Notes: generated by a model not told the origin, from the letters alone. A stretch of 64,000 nt of DNA from Janthinobacterium lividum (GCA_050954765.1 JBPBQJ010000057.1:27242-91241), one strand, 5' to 3'; positions 36,977 through 46,783 are shown, counted from the first letter of the stretch. A program made the numbers and translations.

Positions 36977-38256
36977 GTGAAGGAGAAGAAGTGAAGTTGG
37001 ATTGGCACAATGGCCAGCGGCGCGTGCGCGAACTGGTGCCCTACGAGTTTAACCCGCGCACGCTCAGCGCGGCTGGCTACGCCCGCCTGAAGGCGAGCCT
37101 GGAGTATTTCGGCCTGGTGGAGGTGCCTGTCATCGATGCCGACAACGTCGTGCTGGCCGGCCACCAGCGCCTGCGCATCCTGCTCGACCTGGGCCGGGGC
37201 GAGGAGCTGATTGACGTGCGCGAGCCTAACCGTAAGCTCACGGAGGAGGAATTCAAGCGCTACAACGTCACGAGCAACGTCGGCGCCGGTGAGTGGGACT
37301 ACGAGAGCCTGCTGACTAATTTCCAGGATATCGACCTGGGTAGTATCCTCGACATCGGGGCGCTCGATGCGCTGGCCAGCCTGGCGGCCTCGCAGGAGCT
37401 ACCAGCCGAAGAGGAGGAGTTCACCCCCGTACTGCCGGCCACGCCGGTATCAGTACCGGGCGACGTGTACGAGTTCCACAGCGAGGGCCGGGGCCTGGCG
37501 CACCGCCTGGTCTGCGGCTCCTCACTGGAGGCCGACGTCGTCGAGCGCGCCTTGGGCACCGGCGTGCTGGCCGACCTGACGCTGACCGACCCGCCCTACA
37601 ACGTGGACTACCAGGGCAAAACCAAGGATGCCCTTAAGATTGAGAACGATAAGATGAGCAACGGCTCGTTTTATCAGTTCCTCTACGACTTCTACACCAA
37701 CGCCTACGCCTTCATGCGCCCGGGCGCGCCCCTCTACGTGTTCCACGCCGATAGCGAGGGGGCCAACTTCCGCCAGGCGCTCGTCGACGCCGGGCTGAAA
37801 CTGAGCCAGTGCCTGGTGTGGGTGAAGCAGAGCTTTGTGATGGGCCGCCAGGACTTCCACTGGCAGCACGAGCCCATTTTGTACGGCTGGAAGGAGGGCG
37901 CCGCCCACACCTGGTGCAGCGACCGCAAGCAGTGCACCGTGCTGCAGTTCGACCGCCCCAGCCGCAACACCGAGCACCCGACGATGAAGCCCCTCGACAT
38001 CCTGGAATACCTGCTGGAATGCTCCAGCAAGGCCGGGGCCGTGGTGCTGGATGGCTTCGGCGGCTCGGGCTCGCTGCTGATTAGCTGCGAGAAAACCGGG
38101 CGCCAGGCCCGCGTGGTGGAGCTGGACGCCCGCTACGTCGACGTGCACGTGGTGCGCTTCGTCAAGTTTATGCGTGACAACCAGCGCCGCTTCACGGTGG
38201 TGCGTAACGGAAAGGAGCTGAGCGATGGAGAGCTTGCCGACTACAACCAATCCTAA
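36973..38256 (+). CDS. ParB-like N-terminal domain + N6/N4 DNA methyltransferase
   Basis: NPR..LAGHQRL (ParB); TDPPYN, HPTMKP, LDGFGGSGS. Confidence 0.9.
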   Translation: MSEGEEVKLDWHNGQRRVRELVPYEFNPRTLSAAGYARLKASLEYFGLVEVPVIDADNVVLAGHQRLRILLDLGRGEELIDVREPNRKLTEEEFKRYNVTSNVGAGEWDYESLLTNFQDIDLGSILDIGALDALASLAASQELPAEEEEFTPVLPATPVSVPGDVYEFHSEGRGLAHRLVCGSSLEADVVERALGTGVLADLTLTDPPYNVDYQGKTKDALKIENDKMSNGSFYQFLYDFYTNAYAFMRPGAPLYVFHADSEGANFRQALVDAGLKLSQCLVWVKQSFVMGRQDFHWQHEPILYGWKEGAAHTWCSDRKQCTVLQFDRPSRNTEHPTMKPLDILEYLLECSSKAGAVVLDGFGGSGSLLISCEKTGRQARVVELDARYVDVHVVRFVKFMRDNQRRFTVVRNGKELSDGELADYNQS

Positions 38257-38899
38257 CTACGGTCCCGGCACGGAAACGCCCCTCGACCGCATCCGGGCCT
38301 CCTACATGCGCGAAGGGGCCGAGGCCGGCCTGAGCAAGAGCGACCTGGAGCTGCGCGAGCAGCTGCAGGCCACCCACGCCTTGCTCACCCAGTACCACTC
38401 GGTGCAGCAGACGGTCAAAATCCTGCAGGAGCGCTACCAGGTCTCGCAGCCCACGGCCTACCGCCGGGTGCGCGACACCACCGAGCTGTTTGGCGACGTC
38501 ACCAAAACCAGCAAGGAAGGCGTGCGCGACATTCTCTTCGAGATGAGCATGCGCGTGTTCCAGCTCGCGGCCGGCCGCAAAAACGAGTTTAAGCTGCCCG
38601 ACCCTGACCTGAAGGCCATGAACACGGCCATCGCCCGCATGAGCAAGCTCAAGGGCTTGGACGAGAAGGACAACAACGCGCTCACGCCCGAAATGCTCGC
38701 CCGCAACACCTACGTGGTAAATCTGACGGTGCAGGGACCAGGTGGCCAGACCAAGACCATCCCGCTGGCCGGCCTCGACCAGCTGGCCCTGGACGACCCC
38801 AACACCTACGCCCAGCTGCTCGACAGCGTGGAAGACAGCGACCTCACGCCCGAGCAGATGCGCGGGCTTCTAGACAATGCCAATGGAACCGCATCCTGA
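38225..38899 (+). CDS. Putative terminase small subunit
   Basis: HTH (VSQPTAYRRVRD); overlaps TerL start. Confidence 0.6.
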   Translation: MESLPTTTNPNYGPGTETPLDRIRASYMREGAEAGLSKSDLELREQLQATHALLTQYHSVQQTVKILQERYQVSQPTAYRRVRDTTELFGDVTKTSKEGVRDILFEMSMRVFQLAAGRKNEFKLPDPDLKAMNTAIARMSKLKGLDEKDNNALTPEMLARNTYVVNLTVQGPGGQTKTIPLAGLDQLALDDPNTYAQLLDSVEDSDLTPEQMRGLLDNANGTAS

Positions 38900-40571
38900 C
38901 CTCAAGCCCCTCAAGTTTAACAAGCCGCAGCTCCGCTTCGTGGTGACGGCGCCGGCCAGCTCCAACTCGGTCTGGGGCCGGGCCAGTGGCAAGAGTACCA
39001 AGATTGCCTGGCTCATGCACCGCATCGTGACCGAGATGCCGCGCTCGTGCTGGGGCCTGCTGGGCTCCAGCTATACGCAGATGATGACGCGCACGCTACC
39101 CTCGACCATCGACGGCCTGCGCCAGCTCGGCTACCACAAGGACGTGCACTACTTCGTCGGCCGGCGGCCACCCCCTGCCTGGGGGTGGCCTGAGCCGTTT
39201 CAGACGCCGCTCAGCTACAAGCACTTCATCATCTTCTACACCGGAGCCGGCTTTCACCTCATCAGCCAGGATGGTGGTGGGGGCAGCTCGCGCGGCATGA
39301 ACATCGACGGCTGGCTCGCCGACGAGGCCCTGCTGCTCGACCGCGAGAAGCTCACCACCGACGTGAGCGCCTCGAACCGGGGCAACGTGGGCCGCTGGCC
39401 CAAGGCCCGGATGCACCACGGCAAGTTCCTGTTTTCGTCGATGCCCTGGGGCGACCAGGGCAAGTGGCTGCTCAGCGACGGCGACTATTATCAGCAGGAT
39501 GGCTACGACTTCCAGCCCATTCGCAGCCAGCTGGTGGAGCTGCAGCGCGAGTTTGTGGACTCCCGTAGCAGGAAGGCTCGTGAGCAACTTTACGGGGAGA
39601 TTCGCCACCTCAGCACCCAGTTGCGCTTCTACCCCAACCCCACCAGGCGGGGTGAAGGAAAAGCTCACATTGATGCCGGCCTGCTCTATTCGGAGGCCAA
39701 CGTGTTCGACAACCTCAGCAACGTGGGCATCAGCTTTCTGGAGCAGCAGCGCCGCGAATTGTCGGACTTCGTTTTCGATATCGAAATCCTCAATAAGCGC
39801 CCGCTGACGGTCGAGGCCGGCTTTTATCCCAAGCTCGACCTCAAGCGCCACGCCCGCCAGTGCCCGGCGAATACCTACGTCGAAACCCTGGGTGACGATG
39901 TGGAGCGCCTCAAGCAGCGCGACTCGCGGCTCGACGGCGACTGCCGGCCCAAGTCGCCTATCCGGGGCGCCGTGGACTGGGGTAGCCGCATCAGCACCCT
40001 GACCCTGGCCCAGGTGCACGCCGATGTGAGTGAGTACGCCCTAATGCGGGGCTTCTACGTGACCCACCCCAAGTTCATCGATGACCTGGCCTTGCTCTTC
40101 ACCACCTACTACGCCCACCACGCCTACAAGGTGTTCGACTTCATCCAGGACAATGAGTGGGGCAACCAGCGTGCGCCAGGCAGCGCCCTGACCTACAACG
40201 AGCAGTTCATTGCCCGCTTGCGGGAGGCGGGCTGGCGGGTGCGTGTGTTCGACCAGGGCCGGGTGCCGGACTACGCGGAGCGCTACCGCCTGGCCTACGA
40301 GGTGCTGGGCGAGGCCGACCCGCGCCAGCTCAAGGTGCGCTTCAACCTGGAGGGCTGCAAAGACGTGCTCACGGCCATGAGCAACACGCCCATCCGCCTG
40401 GGTAGTAAGGGGCAGACCGAGAAGGATAAGAGCAGTGAGAAGAAGAAGACGGTGCCTGGCCAGGAGGCTACCCACTTCACCGATACCATCGACCTGCACC
40501 TGCTCTCCATCAACAAGCACGCGAGCCTGGCTACGGGCAACACGGCCGGCCTGCTCATCGTGAGTGGCTAG
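38877..40571 (+). CDS. Terminase large subunit
   Basis: WGRASGKST Walker A, ADEALL Walker B, AVDWG and THFTDTID nuclease motifs. Confidence 0.85.
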   Translation: MPMEPHPDLKPLKFNKPQLRFVVTAPASSNSVWGRASGKSTKIAWLMHRIVTEMPRSCWGLLGSSYTQMMTRTLPSTIDGLRQLGYHKDVHYFVGRRPPPAWGWPEPFQTPLSYKHFIIFYTGAGFHLISQDGGGGSSRGMNIDGWLADEALLLDREKLTTDVSASNRGNVGRWPKARMHHGKFLFSSMPWGDQGKWLLSDGDYYQQDGYDFQPIRSQLVELQREFVDSRSRKAREQLYGEIRHLSTQLRFYPNPTRRGEGKAHIDAGLLYSEANVFDNLSNVGISFLEQQRRELSDFVFDIEILNKRPLTVEAGFYPKLDLKRHARQCPANTYVETLGDDVERLKQRDSRLDGDCRPKSPIRGAVDWGSRISTLTLAQVHADVSEYALMRGFYVTHPKFIDDLALLFTTYYAHHAYKVFDFIQDNEWGNQRAPGSALTYNEQFIARLREAGWRVRVFDQGRVPDYAERYRLAYEVLGEADPRQLKVRFNLEGCKDVLTAMSNTPIRLGSKGQTEKDKSSEKKKTVPGQEATHFTDTIDLHLLSINKHASLATGNTAGLLIVSG

Positions 40572-40619
40572 GTGGCAATTGCCGCGAGATGTTGCCGAAG
40601 CATCTTGCTTGTGACGAGC

Positions 40620-40653
40620 AAACCCCGTTTCCAGCCTGGAAACGGGGTTTTTT
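40620..40653 (+). terminator. Intrinsic terminator after TerL
   Basis: AAACCCCGTTTCCAG-c-CTGGAAACGGGGTTTTTT. Confidence 0.8.
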
Positions 40654-40844
40654 CATGCCCAGCCCTGAGGTATATCCCCTGGGCACCCGGTGGCAATTGC
40701 CAAATCGCCGACAGTGCACGTTGGGGTGTTCAACGATAAAATGAGAATGAGAAAGCCTCAAAAGTCCCAAAAACGGCCCTGGTGGTAGCGCCAGGGCATT
40801 CGACCGTGAGAATGGGCAAACTAGCTCTCTGTTGCCAGGGCTAC

Positions 40845-41543
40845 CTACAAGGGGGAAAACTCAAATTTTTCAAAGGCTATTTTGCCGAAGTCACGCCTCG
40901 TTTTTTCTTCGTGAGACCAGTCTTCGTAACTTGAACAATTCCGGCTATCTCTGCCCGCTTTGTGCAAAAACCAGTTTTTCTCCGCCTTGGAATAGCGGAA
41001 AGTTAGCACGTCCATCGTCCTGTCGCACCCCCCGTCGGTGCTCTCGAAGGAGAAATAAGGTCCCTTGATAGTCGTGCCCTGGTAGGCATCAAAAATGGCC
41101 ATGTGCGCGCAGCCAATGCAGTCAATGACGTTGTCGTTGGTGGCGGCTAGCTTTAGCCGAGGCCAGCCTTGGTTGAGAATTAACGCGACGCGCCGGGAGC
41201 GAAACCCTCGCGGCTCATAAGCGGTAGTATCCCGTGCCTCAGCTTCTTGGAAAATGGCAATGAAGTCCGGCCGGTGGTCTTCATTAATGTCACCCGTCGT
41301 AAAGGACTCTAACTGGTAGCCTTCCAGCTTTGGCCCCAGCGCCTGACTCAGCCGCGAAGCGGTATCGGCGCTCGCAGCCGGGGTAGTGGTAGGCAGTGGT
41401 GCGGAGTGTTGGCTCGTGACCGGGGGGCGCTGGGTAAGGGGTGGGGGCACGGCCGTGGTGACCTCGGTAGGGTGCCGTGTCTCGCAGGCTGCCAGGCTGC
41501 CTAGGGTGAGTAAAGTGCAGAAAATAAGGGATTGCGTGCGCAT
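40845..41543 (-). CDS. Counter-oriented lipoprotein moron
   Basis: Lipobox LAAC; GDINEDHRPD loop; own TAGCTTTG -7 element at 41575-41568. Confidence 0.7.
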   Translation of the reverse strand: MRTQSLIFCTLLTLGSLAACETRHPTEVTTAVPPPLTQRPPVTSQHSAPLPTTTPAASADTASRLSQALGPKLEGYQLESFTTGDINEDHRPDFIAIFQEAEARDTTAYEPRGFRSRRVALILNQGWPRLKLAATNDNVIDCIGCAHMAIFDAYQGTTIKGPYFSFESTDGGCDRTMDVLTFRYSKAEKNWFLHKAGRDSRNCSSYEDWSHEEKTRRDFGKIAFEKFEFSPL

Positions 41544-41680
41544 GAGAACCGCGGGGAATAAGCGCAGCAAAGCTATGTTCTGGGCTACCCTGCTCAAGTG
41601 GGCAACAGGCTTATTTACTGTCCTTTTTTACGCGAGCGTAAGCCGCCAGTTTTGCAGCGAGGATTAAGGGCTGAAGGATA

Positions 41681-42007
41681 ATGGAGGGGATTAAACTAGT
41701 GGAGGCCCTGGCGCGCATGGAAGCGGCCACGGAGCCATTCACGCTACGCTTTATGCGGCTGGATAGGGGCCGCAAAACAGGTGGTCAGGTAACCGAGTGG
41801 CGCAACTGTCGGCTTTCGCAGCCGACCGGCGTGCCCGCGGCCGTGCAGGTGACTGCGGCGCCGGCGGAAGGGGAGGAGGCTAGCCGTCTGCCGGCCCACT
41901 TCAAAAACGCCACGCGCAACCTGGTCGTGGGTGCCAGCTCGCAGCGCCGCAAGGTGCACATCTGGTTGCTGCTGGCCCTCGATGGCCAGCGCATCGTGCT
42001 AGGATAG
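41681..42007 (+). CDS. Hypothetical phage protein
   Basis: Downstream of late motif at 41619. Confidence 0.65.
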   Translation: MEGIKLVEALARMEAATEPFTLRFMRLDRGRKTGGQVTEWRNCRLSQPTGVPAAVQVTAAPAEGEEASRLPAHFKNATRNLVVGASSQRRKVHIWLLLALDGQRIVLG

Positions 42008-42106
42008 CTAATCAGCCTGCTTGTCGATTTTGATGAGCAAGCTGACAAGTAGGGTGCCTGGCCGGCTAGGGAGTCGGCAGGATGGAGAAACGTGCAGGAG
42101 AATTTT

Positions 42107-43492
42107 ATGCGAGTAGTTATCAGCCCAGATGGGCGTTTCGGCCACGTCGAGGGCGGCGAGACCATGTTTAAGCTCAACGCCGGTGTGGGCGGCCCCAGCG
42201 GCGGCGCTGGTGGCGGTAACCTGCCGGCGGCCGAGCCCACCTCGCCCCAGCGTAAGGGGCAGGGCGGGGGCCTTATCTCGCCCTGGGGCGAGGACAACTT
42301 GTTTCCGCAGGCCGTGGTCAAGGACATGGAGAAAAACACGGTGCTGCCGGCCGTACTGGAGCAGAAATCGGCCACCATGTACGGCCAGGGCCTGGCCTAT
42401 GGCATCGTGACGGGCGTCGATAAGAGCGGGGCCAAGCAGTTTGAGGGCCAGTACGTGCCCGAAATCGAGGATTTTCTGGAGGGCTCCAACGTGGCCCGCT
42501 ACGCCTTCGAGTGCCTGAAGGACATCAACACCTTCGGCAACGCCTTCCCGGAGTTGATTCTGAGCAAGAACCGGCTCAAAATCGTCGGCATTGCGCTGCA
42601 GGATGCGGTCTGGTGCCGCTACGGGCTGCCCAAAAACGGGGTCGTCGACTACGTCTACCTCAACGCCAACTGGGACAACGGCGGCTCGGCTACCGATACG
42701 GAGTACACCACCCGCATTCCGCTCATCGACCCCTACTACGACGCCGTGGGCAACCTGCGGAGCCGCACCGACAGCTTCAACTACTGCTACCCCTTAAGCA
42801 TTCCCTCGCCCGATAAGGCGCTCTACCAGCTCGTGGCCTGGAACTCGCTGCGCCGCTCGGGCTGGCTCGAGGTGGCCGCGGCCATCCCCGAGTTTAAGAA
42901 GATGCTGTTCAAAAACCAGCTCAGCGTCAAGTACCTGGTGGAGATTCACTCCTCGTACTGGAACTGCAAGTACGGCGACTGGGATGGGCTGGCCCAGGAG
43001 GAGCGCACGCGCCTGCTCTCGGAGGAATTGACGGCCTTCAACAACGTGATGAGCGGCACCAACGGGGCGGGTAAAACGGTGATGTCCACCACCTACACCG
43101 ATAAAATCACGGGCAAGGAGTTCTCAGCCTTCAAGATTACGGCCATCGACGACAAGCTCAAGGACGGCATCTACATCGAGGACTCGCAGGAGGCCAGCTC
43201 GCACATCTACACGGCCGTGGGCTACGCCCCGGCGCTCATGGGCGTCTCGCCCGGCAAGGGCATGGGCGGCGGCGCCGGCGGCGGCTCGGAGCCGCGGGTA
43301 CTGTTCTCGAATTTTATCTCAACGGCCCAATTCCACATGGACGTGGTGCTCGAGCCGCTCAACCTCATCGCCCGCTACAACAACTGGACGGTGCAGGGCA
43401 AGCCCATCCGCTTCAAGTTTCTGCCGCCCCTGGTGATGACCGAGGCCACGGCTAACACGCCGGCAGCCGACCCCAAGCAGCAGGCCAAATGA
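42107..43492 (+). CDS. Portal protein
   Basis: ~460 aa after TerL; WGEDNLFPQ, FGNAFPELI, SGTNGAGK motifs. Confidence 0.75.
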   Translation: MRVVISPDGRFGHVEGGETMFKLNAGVGGPSGGAGGGNLPAAEPTSPQRKGQGGGLISPWGEDNLFPQAVVKDMEKNTVLPAVLEQKSATMYGQGLAYGIVTGVDKSGAKQFEGQYVPEIEDFLEGSNVARYAFECLKDINTFGNAFPELILSKNRLKIVGIALQDAVWCRYGLPKNGVVDYVYLNANWDNGGSATDTEYTTRIPLIDPYYDAVGNLRSRTDSFNYCYPLSIPSPDKALYQLVAWNSLRRSGWLEVAAAIPEFKKMLFKNQLSVKYLVEIHSSYWNCKYGDWDGLAQEERTRLLSEELTAFNNVMSGTNGAGKTVMSTTYTDKITGKEFSAFKITAIDDKLKDGIYIEDSQEASSHIYTAVGYAPALMGVSPGKGMGGGAGGGSEPRVLFSNFISTAQFHMDVVLEPLNLIARYNNWTVQGKPIRFKFLPPLVMTEATANTPAADPKQQAK

Positions 43493-43713
43493 ACACGCTG
43501 CCCGCCGCCATCGACCTGGCTAACCGCCAGGCGCACCACTGCCTGGACAAGGCTGACTTCTACCAAACCAAGAGCCAGGCCAAGTACCGCACGCAGGCCG
43601 CCGGCAACTGGCAGGCCTGGGGCGAGCGCTGGGCTGAGCTCGAGGAGCTGCTACGCGAACTAGCCCGGCTGCGCAATGCGTGCGCGCGGGAGGGCATAAA
43701 CACTGACTGGTAA
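43489..43713 (+). CDS. Small hypothetical protein
   Basis: ATGA coupling to portal. Confidence 0.5.
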   Translation: MNTLPAAIDLANRQAHHCLDKADFYQTKSQAKYRTQAAGNWQAWGERWAELEELLRELARLRNACAREGINTDW

Positions 43714-43714
43714 C

Positions 43715-43882
43715 ATGATACACCTCACTTTCTCCTACTGGTGGCTCTTCGGGCTAGCCCTGCTGCTGATTCTCTGCTTCGGTGGCGAAGGCATGGGGGC
43801 CGGTCTGTTGCTGGCCCTGCTGCTGGTCATTTTTCTCGTCGCGGTGGCCTGTAAGGTCGCCGCTCACTTCGGCGTCCTATGA
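43715..43882 (+). CDS. 55-aa two-TM membrane protein (absent from ORF track)
   Basis: MIHLTFSYWWLFGLALLLILCFGGEGMGAGLLLALLLVIFLVAVACKVAAHFGVL; ATGA-coupled to next gene. Confidence 0.55.
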   Translation: MIHLTFSYWWLFGLALLLILCFGGEGMGAGLLLALLLVIFLVAVACKVAAHFGVL

Positions 43883-44898
43883 GCCTGATTCGCACGATCC
43901 CCCAATTCTGCGCCCACGTCCGGGTAAGCGAGAGCGGCAGCCACCTGGAAAACTTCGAGCCCGACCTGCGCGTGGCGGAGCGCCGGCACCTGCGCCCCGT
44001 GCTCGGCCCGGCGCTCTACAATGAGCTGAGTGCCCTCAGCGACGAGGCCGTGCAGGCGGCCCTCGACGACTCGGCTAGTACTGCCGGGGGGCTGTTGCGC
44101 CTGGTGCACGAGGCCCTGGCTAATCTCGGCCTACTCGAATACTTGCCGCTCAATCAGTTGCAAATCAACGATGGGGGCGTCTACGTCAACACCGGCGGCT
44201 CGCGGCCCTTCCAGTGGCAAATCGACCAGCTCAAGGCGAGCCTCAAGGGCAAGGGCTACAACGCGCTGGAAAGCGTGCTGGAGTACCTGGAGGCCCACGT
44301 GGCCGACTTCCCGGCCTGGGCCACGTCGGCCGCGGCCGTGCAGGCCCGCGAGCAGCTCATTGCCTCAGCCAGCGAGTTTACGCGCCACTACGACATCGCC
44401 GGCTCGCGCCTCACCTACCAGGCCCTGCTGGCCACGCTTCGCAAAGTCGAGCGCTTCGAGCTGGAGCCCGTGCTCAGCTTCGAGTACCTGGGCGAGTTGA
44501 AGGCGCAGCTCGTGGCCGGCGTGGTGTCGGCCGACAACCAGGTCGTGCTCGAGCGCTTTCTGCGCCCGGCGCTCGCCCACCTGGTGGTGGCCAAGGCCAT
44601 TCCCGAAGTGGGCCTCACCTTCAACGGCAGCGCCGTGGAGCTCAACATCTTCCGGCCCGACGATGCCAACGGCAAGGAGGCCGACGCCAGCCTCGACCAG
44701 CTGCTGGGCCTGAAGCTGAACCAGGCCCGCGCCGATGGGCAGGTTTTCCTGACCCAGCTGCGCCGGCACCTGAACATGTACGCCTCGGGCATCCGCTTCG
44801 CCACCTACTTCCGCTCGAGCGCCTACACCGACCCGCTGGCCAGCCGGCCCGTGGTGCGCCAGTCGGCGGATTCTCCCACCATCTTTTTTGGCTCCTAA
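43879..44898 (+). CDS. DUF6712-like protein, putative head-tail connector
   Basis: Internal duplication (AERRHLRPVLG / VERFELEPVLS); follows portal. Confidence 0.55.
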   Translation: MSLIRTIPQFCAHVRVSESGSHLENFEPDLRVAERRHLRPVLGPALYNELSALSDEAVQAALDDSASTAGGLLRLVHEALANLGLLEYLPLNQLQINDGGVYVNTGGSRPFQWQIDQLKASLKGKGYNALESVLEYLEAHVADFPAWATSAAAVQAREQLIASASEFTRHYDIAGSRLTYQALLATLRKVERFELEPVLSFEYLGELKAQLVAGVVSADNQVVLERFLRPALAHLVVAKAIPEVGLTFNGSAVELNIFRPDDANGKEADASLDQLLGLKLNQARADGQVFLTQLRRHLNMYASGIRFATYFRSSAYTDPLASRPVVRQSADSPTIFFGS

Positions 44899-44900
44899 AA

Positions 44901-45206
44901 ATGGCTACCAACTGGATTTTTAGCCTGTGCGGCGCCGCCTTGCTGGGCCTGATTGGCTGGCTGCTGAAGCGCTCGATTGAGGCTATCGATAAGAAAATGG
45001 ATGCCCAGGGCCTCAAAGTGGATTCGGCCTGCGTGGCCGTCAACGATATGCGCCTGGAAATGAGCGGCTACAAACAGCTCGTGCAGTACCTACACACCGA
45101 CGTGCTAGCCCTCAAAAGCGAGAATCACTCCCTGCGCGAGTCGCACCACATCATCGACAAATACATCGCCGTGCAGCAAGCACTGCAACATCAAAAACCC
45201 ACTTAA
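44901..45206 (+). CDS. Holin-like protein (N-terminal TM + coiled coil)
   Basis: WIFSLCGAALLGLIGWLL then heptads; first gene of lysis cassette. Confidence 0.55.
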   Translation: MATNWIFSLCGAALLGLIGWLLKRSIEAIDKKMDAQGLKVDSACVAVNDMRLEMSGYKQLVQYLHTDVLALKSENHSLRESHHIIDKYIAVQQALQHQKPT

Positions 45207-45216
45207 TCACTTTTTT

Positions 45217-45624
45217 ATGCGCGCATTCCTGCACAACCGCAACCCCCAAAACCTGGCCTGGTACCAGCTGCTCTACGGCTGGCTACTTCGCCACAACGAA
45301 CTGCACCTGGCGGCCCTGCTAGCCCTGCTCTGGTACCCCATCCAGCTGGCCTTCGCCTGGTACTTCCCTGATGCGGCCCCGCTCAGCAGTACCCAGCTGC
45401 ACAAAGTGGTGCTCACGGCCCTGGTATTCGTCTTCGGCCACGGCTTCCTGTGGCTGGGCCTGCGCTTCAACCTGCCCATCCTTCCGCGCTGGCTTAAAAA
45501 GCGCTTCACTACCACCTTCTTATCCCTCTCCGAATGGCAAAAAATGCAATTCTTCGCCTTCTTATGGTCGGCGTATTTGCTCTGCTGGGCACTCATCTGG
45601 CTTGGGGCCAGCCAAGCCGCCTAG
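45217..45624 (+). CDS. Multi-TM membrane protein, holin candidate
   Basis: Three hydrophobic helices; overlaps endolysin by 91 bp. Confidence 0.6.
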   Translation: MRAFLHNRNPQNLAWYQLLYGWLLRHNELHLAALLALLWYPIQLAFAWYFPDAAPLSSTQLHKVVLTALVFVFGHGFLWLGLRFNLPILPRWLKKRFTTTFLSLSEWQKMQFFAFLWSAYLLCWALIWLGASQAA

Positions 45625-46094
45625 CCACTGAGCCCGCCAACGTCAAGCGCATCCTGGACTGGGAGCGCTCGCAGCTGGGCGTGCGCGAGCACGGCTACAA
45701 CCGGGGCAAGGAAGTCGAGTCGTACCAGCGCACCACCGGCAACGCGCCGGGCGCCGAGTGGTGCGGCTCGTTCCAGGCTACGGCCAACGCCTGCTGCGGC
45801 CTGCCCTTTCCCGCCGCCGCCGGCGGCGCGCGCTACTGGTTCCTGCTCACGAGCCCCCGTACCCTGTTTTTCCTGGGTGTGCGGGGCAGTGTCGACGACA
45901 TCGAGCCCGGCGACCGCGTCGGCTTCTGGAGCCCCAAGGCTGGGCGCATCGGCCACATCGGCATTGTCGAAGTCAAGACCCGCAATGGCTTCACCACCAT
46001 CGAGGGCAACACCGGCCGGCTCGCCAACGCCGGCGTGCACCGCCTCAGCCGGGGCCGCGGCGAAATCCACGCCGCATCTAACTGGAGCCATTGA
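45534..46094 (+). CDS. CHAP-domain endolysin with N-terminal signal peptide
   Basis: EWCGSF (Cys), GHIGIV (His), IEGNT; MAKNAILRLLMVGVFALLGTHLAWG leader. Confidence 0.82.
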   Translation: MAKNAILRLLMVGVFALLGTHLAWGQPSRLATEPANVKRILDWERSQLGVREHGYNRGKEVESYQRTTGNAPGAEWCGSFQATANACCGLPFPAAAGGARYWFLLTSPRTLFFLGVRGSVDDIEPGDRVGFWSPKAGRIGHIGIVEVKTRNGFTTIEGNTGRLANAGVHRLSRGRGEIHAASNWSH

Positions 46095-46096
46095 CC

Positions 46097-46261
46097 ATGA
46101 AGTACTGCTACTTTCTTGCCCTGCTACTCAGCGCCTGCGCCGTGCAGCCGCCCCACCTGGCCCAGGCGCCGCGGCCCGCCCGCCACCAGTACCGGCACGC
46201 CCAGCGCCACAACGCCCGCGTGCGGCCCCATCTGCCACCCTTTTACTTCCCTTGGAATTGA
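46097..46261 (+). CDS. 54-aa lipoprotein (absent from ORF track)
   Basis: MKYCYFLALLLSAC lipobox; Arg/His/Pro-rich tail. Confidence 0.5.
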   Translation: MKYCYFLALLLSACAVQPPHLAQAPRPARHQYRHAQRHNARVRPHLPPFYFPWN

Positions 46262-46626
46262 AAAAGCTCTACTGTCTGCTCGTGGTGGCGAGCCTGCTCT
46301 ACCTGGCCTGCAGCTGCGCCACCCAGCAGCGCATCCCGGCCGCGCTCGATGCCCGGCTCGACTCGGCGCTGACGACCAGCGGCGTGCCGCCCTTGCGCAA
46401 GCTCAAGTTCACCGGTCCCGTAACGTTTCAAATCGGCGGTACTGGCAACGTAGCCACGGCCATCGCCAAGACCAAGGCACCGGTGGCGAGTGCCCCCCAC
46501 GCCACGGCCTCAGCCGTCAAAACGTGGGCCGGTCCGCCCTGGTACGTGTACCTGGTCGGGGGCCTGCTGCTGGCCCTGGGTGGCTTTTTGCTACGCGGCC
46601 GGCTGAAAATCCCCGTGCCTTTCTAG
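46258..46626 (+). CDS. Unimolecular spanin candidate
   Basis: TTG start; MKKLYCLLVVASLLYLACSC lipoprotein signal plus C-terminal TM (WYVYLVGGLLLALGGFLL). Confidence 0.65.
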   Translation: MKKLYCLLVVASLLYLACSCATQQRIPAALDARLDSALTTSGVPPLRKLKFTGPVTFQIGGTGNVATAIAKTKAPVASAPHATASAVKTWAGPPWYVYLVGGLLLALGGFLLRGRLKIPVPF

Positions 46627-46640
46627 CGTATCTTCGCCTC

Positions 46641-46753
46641 GCAATCACTTCTGGAAAAAACAAGCCCGTTCGTCCTGGCCGATAGCATTCGGCCGGGGAG
46701 TAGGGGAGGAGTGTGACCTCCATACTTTGGGCGAACGGCCCGGAAGTGATTGC
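46641..46753 (+). ncRNA. Candidate ~113-nt Y-shaped structured RNA
   Basis: 14-bp closing stem, A-rich bulge, 10-bp stem, two hairpins; TATCTTCG -7-like element ends 4 nt upstream. Confidence 0.6.
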
Positions 46754-46783
46754 AGCGATTTCCCCGGCTTTGCCCCGCTGCTC

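Noticed and set aside
44214-44900. Long 330-aa ORF and similar Arg/Pro/Ala-rich alternate-frame or antisense ORFs (e.g. 39096-40019, 34009-34812, 63066-63872)
   Set aside because: Shadow frames of high-GC genes; only 44901-45206 looks genuine
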